A DNA stretch of 13,309 nt from Perkinsela sp. CCAP 1560/9 (taxonomy: Eukaryota > Protista > Euglenozoa: Kinetoplastea), in contig CBFFSA010000089.1 of the NCBI GenBank assembly GCA_965644495.1, forward strand, positions 1-13,309. Direction: 5' to 3'. The position numbers and the translations under genes are program-made. The first letter of the stretch is position 1, and the number at the start of each line of letters is the position of its first letter. Under the pieces are notes generated by a model. That model saw only the letters and a list, made by a program, of their open reading frames with translations, did no database searches and was not told the DNA's origin. Of this stretch, positions 9,801 through 13,309 are shown one piece after another.

Positions 9801-11968
9801 TTGGAGGAGAGCATCATCGAAGTGTTGCTGGAATCAAAGATGCTGCAAAGAATCCAATGGTTGATCTTGTGAATCATCTTGGTTATCAATTTGTGATTCG
9901 TGAAAATGTTCGTCGATTGAATGGAAGTACAGCAGCGTTCTTCAGGTTGGTTGTGGATACAACTTTGTTCATGTCTCCTCTGTTAACAGAGAAACCTGAA
10001 GATGTGGCGATGTTGATTCGAGAATCAGAAGTTCCAAAAGTTCGAGATCGAATGGTTCGAAACATTTCACAACATCAACAAGAATTGATTGAAATCAACA
10101 GAGTGGATGCGATGTTGAGTGGTGTTCTTGTGAATGCTGTCTTTTCTTTGGTTGCTGATGAAGAACGATTTTGGAAGAAGGGACCTGAGCTTGAGAAGAA
10201 AGAAAACACATTCAAAGTTGAACAAGGTACAGATGAGATTGTGAAGAATGTGGTGAGTGATATCAAAAACGAGATTCAACATCGTGTTGATTCATCATGG
10301 CAAGCAACTCAACGTGAGAAAGTGTTGATGAAATCGTTGGGTGAAGAACAATGGGATGAATTGTTGGAATCAGCTGTTGGTGTGACTGAAATACAAATGT
10401 TGTGGAGGTATTTACCTTCCATCAACATGGAACATTTCATTCGATCAAAATCAGCAGTGGACAAATTTGAAGAGAAATATCCATTGTTGAATGCATTTTT
10501 GGATCAAGAAGGGCGTTTACAACATGTGAGATGTATTGTTGCAATTCTTGAATGGCACAGAGTGTTATTCACTGTTTTCCAAAACAGTGAAATCAGTCGA
10601 GAAGAAGCTGATGCGATCACAAACGAAGAAGTTGTTGCTAAATTATCAACTGAAGAAGAGAGAGATTGGGGAAGAAGAGTTTTGAACGATTTTTGTGATA
10701 CTTTCCAAACTTCGTTCCCAGTTTTCACACACCCACTGATTTATGAGTGTTCTGCAAATCCTTTTACAACTGATACTGAACCTCCTGTGGTTGATTTATC
10801 AGGATCAAAGGGAGCGAAGATTGTTCCAATGTCTCCAAAAACATCGATTGCGTTTTCGATGCCTCGATTTAAGAAGTACAAAGATGATACGATTGATGTT
10901 CATGCGATTTGTACAGTCACTTTACTTCAACATTTGCATCGAGTTCACGAAAGAGCTCTTGGAATCGGCGCTGCTCGACCTCGAAGGAGAAGGGAAGGGG
11001 AAGAGGAGGGAGAGGAAGAAGAAGAAGCCCCTGCTGCTGCCGCCCAAGACAATGACACAAATGCAAGTCTTCCTGAAGTGACTTGTGAAACACCCTCACG
11101 AACTTTGAGACAAAAGTTGATTGTGTATGATCGATCAGCAGGTTTGATGCCGCTATTGAACACTTACAACAACTTGGGACTTGAGTATGGTGCTTCTCGA
11201 AGAACGTTGGAATACAAATTTAGAGAGATCGAAAATCAATTGAGATTTGGAGTTCTTGGAGGAAAACAATCGATTCGGTTGTATGTGAAAACGTATCAAT
11301 ATCGAGGAGAAATTCAAGGAAGTGAAGGAGTGAAAGCTTTGAAATCTCGAATTCCTCAAGTTGAAGTGAAAGAAGCGATTTTACAATTGATTTGTGGAGA
11401 GATTGATACAAAGAACCGAATTATTCGATTGATGTCATTCCTTGAAATGATTATTCGTTTTATCACAACAGTTGGAGGGTCAGGTGTGAAAGGAATGGAT
11501 GTTGGAAAGACTTTCCTTCGTGATTTTGCGTTGGATACACTTCAATTGGATTCAAAGGATTGGGATGAAGCGAGTACTCCTTCTTTGGATGGTCACATTC
11601 GAATGTGTAATTTGAGATCTCTCTTTTTGCGATTGGAAGAACTCATCAATGAAGGTCAAGATGAATTCGAGAGTGTCTTGCCTCATTATCGAGAAGAGTT
11701 AAGTGAAACACAAAAAGACAAGTTGCGGCCAATTATTGACCAACATCGTGAGGGTTACACCAAAGTTGTCCTCCCTGCTCTCACTGAATTGTTGAAGAGC
11801 CAACTCACAACGAGCCAGAACATGGCGGAGTTTTCAGTTCAAGAATCGTTGTCCTATCTCATTGAATTTGAAGACGAAGATGTTCTTCAGGAGTCGTTCC
11901 CTGATGATGAGTTCCCATGCAAATATGCTCTTTCTCTCTACTCCTTTATTCGAACGGTTTTGAAATAA
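3..11968 (+). CDS. RNF213: RNF213/mysterin-like giant AAA+ ATPase / RZ-finger E3 ubiquitin ligase, 5'-partial. Model: join(<3..878,878..1354,1356..3528,3595..5523,5583..5668,5753..11968), about 3,918 aa in window, with two apparent frameshifts
   Basis: Colinear RNF213-type motifs: STWEEVLLLLLR (AAA1 region); AGAGKS; GIPVILMGECGCGKT with FLDEVN; PVFLVGKPGTSKT with LLDEVGLAEHSPEMPLK and SNWVLDPAKMNR; ARHLMLLTKN and YEALYDVLNQRY; LPLLNRFEK; RZ finger CPNGH..GECG.PM..C..C..IGG..H; C-terminal YPLLNAFL and LEYKFREIENQL. Splicing the three GT-AG introns restores the frame at each junction. Confidence 0.92.
878..1354 (+). CDS. RNF213-like segment 2 (AAA2 region, P-loop AGAGKS at 944-961)
   Basis: Frame 2 is open 848-1390 and encodes VCCYLSDYAGAGKS, HFHFDL, INSLLFEIIFFG and YISVEVP, matching the RNF213 AAA2 pattern. 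Exact boundaries are inferred. Confidence 0.8.
1356..3528 (+). CDS. RNF213-like segment 3 (insertion modules and AAA3; Walker A GECGCGKT 3012-3035, Walker B FLDE)
   Basis: Long ORF with YVLTGDNLLKM, GIPVILMGECGCGKT, VHGG, FLDEVN, AALNPYR, LVYRV and FDFGSL. Ends at donor AAG|GTTTGA. Confidence 0.9.
3529..3594 (+). other. Spliceosomal intron (66 nt, phase 1)
   Basis: GTTTGA...CACTAAT (branch-like, 3573-3579)...T-tract...TTAG. Contains the in-frame TAA; removal joins LE-D-LSHQD in frame. Confidence 0.9.
3595..5523 (+). CDS. RNF213-like exon (AAA4 with Walker A GKPGTSKT 4137-4160 and Walker B LLDEVG; AAA5)
   Basis: SVSLRDVRR, IALNNALTEN, GKPGTSKT, YQCSP, DEVGLAE, SNWVLDPAKMNR, GMRDYYSLIK, RNFGG, GSEF and YDVLNQRY. 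Confidence 0.92.
5028..5087 (+). repeat. 15-bp coding tandem repeat (GAAAAGAAGGAGGAA)x4 encoding EKKEE
   Basis: Four perfect copies start at 5028, 5043, 5058 and 5073, inside a purine-rich K/E tract (4875-5102). Confidence 0.9.
5524..5582 (+). other. Spliceosomal intron (59 nt, phase 1)
   Basis: AAG|GTTCTT...AATAG|AT. Removal gives CPVE-D-GFRIIVIAE, the expected RNF213 AAA5 continuation. Confidence 0.88.
5583..5668 (+). CDS. RNF213-like 86-nt exon missed by the ORF track (DGFRIIVIAEQEYAYRELDLPLLNRFEKQ)
   Basis: Flanked by AG and GT. Encodes the conserved FR.IV..E and PLLNRFEK motif. Confidence 0.88.
5669..5752 (+). other. Spliceosomal intron (84 nt, phase 0)
   Basis: CAG|GTTTTT...CTCTAAT (5722-5728)...TGCAG|ATT. 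Pyrimidine-rich; the join is in frame with the 2070-aa ORF. Confidence 0.9.
5753..11968 (+). CDS. RNF213-like last exon (AAA6 region, E3 module, RZ finger, C-terminal domain; stop TAA 11966-11968)
   Basis: Uninterrupted 6.2-kb ORF with FCGYH, LVMTYS, IVFLVH, WIYLFLDDLR, FPFS, the RZ finger and CTD motifs. Confidence 0.92.
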   Translation: MMTPSEVLTDVMRKAIERGYRWVDQVQEETGLQSHQNLFCGYHDGTIPSAIFHLGNTLLKEKSKATPEEVKAYLDQEVKRCLKRIAFPAAVALSPSLQKVDEPACHPDFKTGVQEIFRHQRGGLPTVSLVMTYSPVSHLDDQMLESLDGIDVERVRLDEVKSEKAFTALVERYLNDEGVRSSGSGSGSGSGNKKRALVIQFDSIMCSPLQVNHAKFLCTDALARYESQKKKTKKGEKAIVFLVHMPPGVKERARSFVFDFEEPWIYLFLDDLRGLETSVGGGSLDVSTLLHMPLLEFFDKGLANFEEIVNSQLPVAVCRVRVPHPQNSRLAEDILNFANRISTLKGALDEERFKKLFLGTVMSILTAVGGEDGKVKGLYLHTYLAVGEMSCGTLMQSLTRTISELVLQAMVHVLLRLEKNFNLSTLKLSSPLWLTLSENKNVLDLSTLAQVCKLGGRAALKDLMLKSAENTGKGGAFVSSFPFSHEIIKLLQGKETRQAIEAASQGRKEGAEKFVSEMEYIEKIFVGLFGEEVLSLSKSSDKLDYLHDFVAICAPPVDGLSAREIETVHKAVLLAFHPEALSSPPAIHASYRHNEARIQVICSILATVPSETRKHILETLEQVEQSGIETLVEKIFDGVADYIWGRTQNLAFVQRKEGQMITTEQELSAGKNLPSFISGINGDIIDLLSGMKKKKEGGGLSPQQKWRSILVLKIFLEGFTSARRVWGMGESGKNLLKLLHEYDVCSLEFFDDFCLGLAKFYSFLRCCADCGGIWGHSLDPLSRDDAHCPSCKSSYLIRTAAARQKSQGYHHSSSSRALRLPKTFWDDFLASPAEREQKVDPSDSSSSSSSGPEELRIEKGTENKRKDLVRRFLETWFVRFANEILFSGEEGVDEKLIQHISFLTNAPSLQFVSKKVNISEDEQRLIDFVPEPSTRVSLMNILLKAERDLGRSGGKQVELFQISSTIGRQLYLAHRVSVYEQEIEKLGEDIESLQKLVQLTSQKDVDVVLNWGKGEKQKEGEGEGDGDDEQERKRIDSVARLQTVLRRYGRLIGSDHFPPNEVIDTKEYAQFSKFFNNFLTLDSANGLRSYVTKTIKDGVGLDGVLSFLFVCERKGANWVRFDRESLQVVVEDCPIGPLVSKRRKELQDLEPHIKELLRAKGDAVSEKIKTIMGAGFLEEILLPALYNQISHVALSERRNPDVFIGNVQDLAKKLQSSVKEAGRQVLGKVIPLAVDYILLLAYPSLDSKLLSLEIVPCVVDKQEGLTNKSKTLLQLLLRILMGIGIHPDSWLSNLLFEPSKYMQRYFPGSLFEAPLDRLRWYECPNGHPYAVGECGMPMQKGKCPQCGVIIGGEHHRSVAGIKDAAKNPMVDLVNHLGYQFVIRENVRRLNGSTAAFFRLVVDTTLFMSPLLTEKPEDVAMLIRESEVPKVRDRMVRNISQHQQELIEINRVDAMLSGVLVNAVFSLVADEERFWKKGPELEKKENTFKVEQGTDEIVKNVVSDIKNEIQHRVDSSWQATQREKVLMKSLGEEQWDELLESAVGVTEIQMLWRYLPSINMEHFIRSKSAVDKFEEKYPLLNAFLDQEGRLQHVRCIVAILEWHRVLFTVFQNSEISREEADAITNEEVVAKLSTEEERDWGRRVLNDFCDTFQTSFPVFTHPLIYECSANPFTTDTEPPVVDLSGSKGAKIVPMSPKTSIAFSMPRFKKYKDDTIDVHAICTVTLLQHLHRVHERALGIGAARPRRRREGEEEGEEEEEAPAAAAQDNDTNASLPEVTCETPSRTLRQKLIVYDRSAGLMPLLNTYNNLGLEYGASRRTLEYKFREIENQLRFGVLGGKQSIRLYVKTYQYRGEIQGSEGVKALKSRIPQVEVKEAILQLICGEIDTKNRIIRLMSFLEMIIRFITTVGGSGVKGMDVGKTFLRDFALDTLQLDSKDWDEASTPSLDGHIRMCNLRSLFLRLEELINEGQDEFESVLPHYREELSETQKDKLRPIIDQHREGYTKVVLPALTELLKSQLTTSQNMAEFSVQESLSYLIEFEDEDVLQESFPDDEFPCKYALSLYSFIRTVLK
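6296..6325 (+). repeat. (AGTGGT)n coding microsatellite encoding a Ser-Gly linker
   Basis: AGTGGT x4 followed by AGTGGA gives SGSGSGSGSG. Confidence 0.85.
9710..9817 (+). other. RZ finger (RNF213/ZNFX1-type zinc finger)
   Basis: WYECPNGHPYAVGECGMPMQKGKCPQCGVIIGGEHH. Zn ligands C 9719, H 9731, C 9779, C 9788; putative catalytic Cys 9752; distal His 9815. Confidence 0.93.
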
Positions 11969-12008
11969 TTTTGAAGAATTCCCCCTCTTTTTTGTTCTGT
12001 TTGTAAGG

Positions 12009-12014
12009 AATAAA
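12009..12014 (+). terminator. Putative polyadenylation signal of the RNF213-like gene
   Basis: AATAAA 40 nt after the stop codon, followed by T-rich tracts. Confidence 0.5.
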
Positions 12015-12186
12015 GTACTTTTTTCATTTTTTTTCAAGAAAATCTCTTTTTTTTATGGTCGAAAAAATTCAACGAAATATCGAAAGCGACCAAATCGCTT
12101 TTTTGGCAACTTTTTCGAAGTTTTTTTTTTTGGAGAAGAAGAAAGGGGAAGAAGAGAATCTTTTGGAAGAAAGAGAGACGAGGAGA

Positions 12187-12210
12187 AGAGAGAGAGAGAG
12201 AGAGAGAGAG
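12187..12210 (+). repeat. (AG)12 microsatellite immediately upstream of the XPD start codon
   Basis: Perfect dinucleotide run separated from the ATG at 12212 by a single G. Confidence 0.9.
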
Positions 12211-12211
12211 G

Positions 12212-13224
12212 ATGAAGTTTTACATTGAAGATGTATTGGTTTATTTTCCATATGAATACATCTACCCCGAACAATATGACTACATGTGTCATTTAAAAAG
12301 ATCTTTGGATGCCAGGGGTCCTTGTGTTCTTGAAATGCCTTCTGGGACTGGCAAAACTGGTTCTTCTTTCTTTTCAAGGCTCTGATCTCCCAATTCCCTT
12401 TTCTCAAATATTAACCTTTCTTTGTTTCTTTCCTTTCAGTATGTTTACTCTCTCTCATCACATCTTACCAACTGACACACCCAGAGGTTGGGAAATTGAT
12501 CTACTGTTCTCGAACGGTGAGTGAGATTGAGAAAACAATTCAGGAATTAAAGGGAATTGTTGAATATAGAACTCGCCATTGGGGTCCTCCAAAGGATGGA
12601 AGAGGATCTCCTTCTTATTTAGATTTCCCTCAACTTGTTTCCTCTTCTTCTTCCTCATCTTCCTCATCTTCTTCTTCATCTTCTTCTTCTTCTTCTTCAT
12701 CTTCCTCTTCATTAGCTAATGGGGGAGAGGGACCACCAAAATTTTTAGCACTTGCTTTGAGCTCAAGGAAGAATTTATGTGTTCATCCTCGTGTTTCTGA
12801 AGAAAGAAAGAGTTCTTTGGTTGATTCGAAATGTCGTGATATGACTGCTTCTTTTATTCGTTCTCAGAAATCTGATCAATCTGATATTGAAGTCTGTCAA
12901 TTTTTTGAGGTTTTCTCTCCTTTTCTCTTTTTCTGGAAAAAAAACTTTGAATCAAGAAAAGACAAAGAAAAGAGAATCAAGAAATAATGAGAAAGAATTT
13001 CGAAACATTCAAAAAAGAAGTCCAAGAAAAAAAAAACCTTGTTCAAAATAGAGGTTTGAAGCAACGGGAAGAGACGCTCGCCTCAATGGAGTCTATTCTC
13101 TTGGGGATCTCCGTAATGTAGGGAAAGAAAGAGGATGGTGTCCATACTTTCTTGCTCGTCATCTCCTTGAGTTTGCGAATGTCATTATTTTTAGTTATCA
13201 GTATGTTTTGAACCCTCGAATCAG
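12212..13224 (+). CDS. ERCC2: TFIIH Fe-S DNA helicase XPD/RAD3, 3'-partial. Model: join(12212..12359,12440..12909,13052..13224,...)
   Basis: [25 protein letters not shown] (Q motif), [17 protein letters not shown] (Walker A across intron 1), [14 protein letters not shown] (motif Ia), [20 protein letters not shown] and [14 protein letters not shown]. Four Fe-S Cys codons at 12778, 12832, 12895 and 13139. Confidence 0.96.
12360..12439 (+). other. XPD intron 1 (80 nt, phase 1)
   Basis: G|GTTCTT...TATTAAC...TTTCAG|TA. Removal restores GKT-V-CLLSLI. Confidence 0.92.
12640..12711 (+). repeat. (TCN)24 poly-serine tract in XPD exon 2
   Basis: 24 consecutive TCT/TCC/TCA codons in frame. Confidence 0.88.
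12910..13051 (+). other. XPD intron 2 (142 nt, phase 0)
   Basis: GAG|GTTTTC...AATAG|AGG. Removal gives [26 protein letters not shown], colinear with XPD. Confidence 0.85.
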
Positions 13225-13309
13225 GTTTTTCTACTCTCCTCTTATTTCTCTCGTTGATATTTTGTTCTTTTTTTTTTTTGTTTGCTTGAATTTATTTACT
13301 CCTTTTTTG
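13225..13309 (+). other. XPD intron 3 (runs off the window)
   Basis: CAG|GTTTTT after YVLNPRI, followed by very T-rich sequence with no coding signal. Confidence 0.8.

Noticed and set aside
21-11968. Reading the five large ORFs as a bacterial operon or multi-gene defence system
   Set aside because: The breaks coincide with GT-AG introns or single-base shifts, the motifs are colinear with one RNF213-type polypeptide, and the neighbour is an intron-containing eukaryotic XPD.
12083-12104. Rho-independent terminator (hairpin plus T run)
   Set aside because: The context is eukaryotic and the stem is weak; kept only as a possible dyad element.
11969-12211. Functional link between the RNF213-like gene and XPD
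   Set aside because: Adjacency in a compact eukaryotic genome is not evidence of a shared pathway, and a poly(A) signal separates them.
720-12712. Numerous short minus-strand and alternate-frame ORFs, e.g. 4697-5140 (F/S-rich) and 12458-12712 (K/M-rich)
   Set aside because: They are shadows of the real + strand genes or of low-complexity repeats and show no recognisable motifs.

Overview
Eukaryotic, compact and AT-rich genomic DNA (protist-like, standard genetic code, short GT-AG introns) with two tandem + strand genes. Gene 1 (<3..11968, 5' end outside the window) is a giant RNF213/mysterin-like protein of at least ~3,900 aa. It has a dynein-like multi-AAA+ core, an E3 region with an intact RZ finger, and the RNF213-type C-terminal domain. 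The ORF track splits it into five pieces because of three introns (3529-3594, 5524-5582, 5669-5752) and two compensating single-base frameshifts (~878 and ~1355). Departures from animal RNF213: a two-CxxC remnant where the RING should be, a tandem pair of aromatic beta-type modules inserted ahead of AAA3, and a charged K/E helix between AAA4 and AAA5. Gene 2 (12212..>13224) is the 5' part of XPD/RAD3 (ERCC2) with all four Fe-S cysteines and a poly-Ser insertion. All six intron donors read G|GTT rather than GTRAG. Comparisons to human proteins are from recalled motifs, not from a database search.
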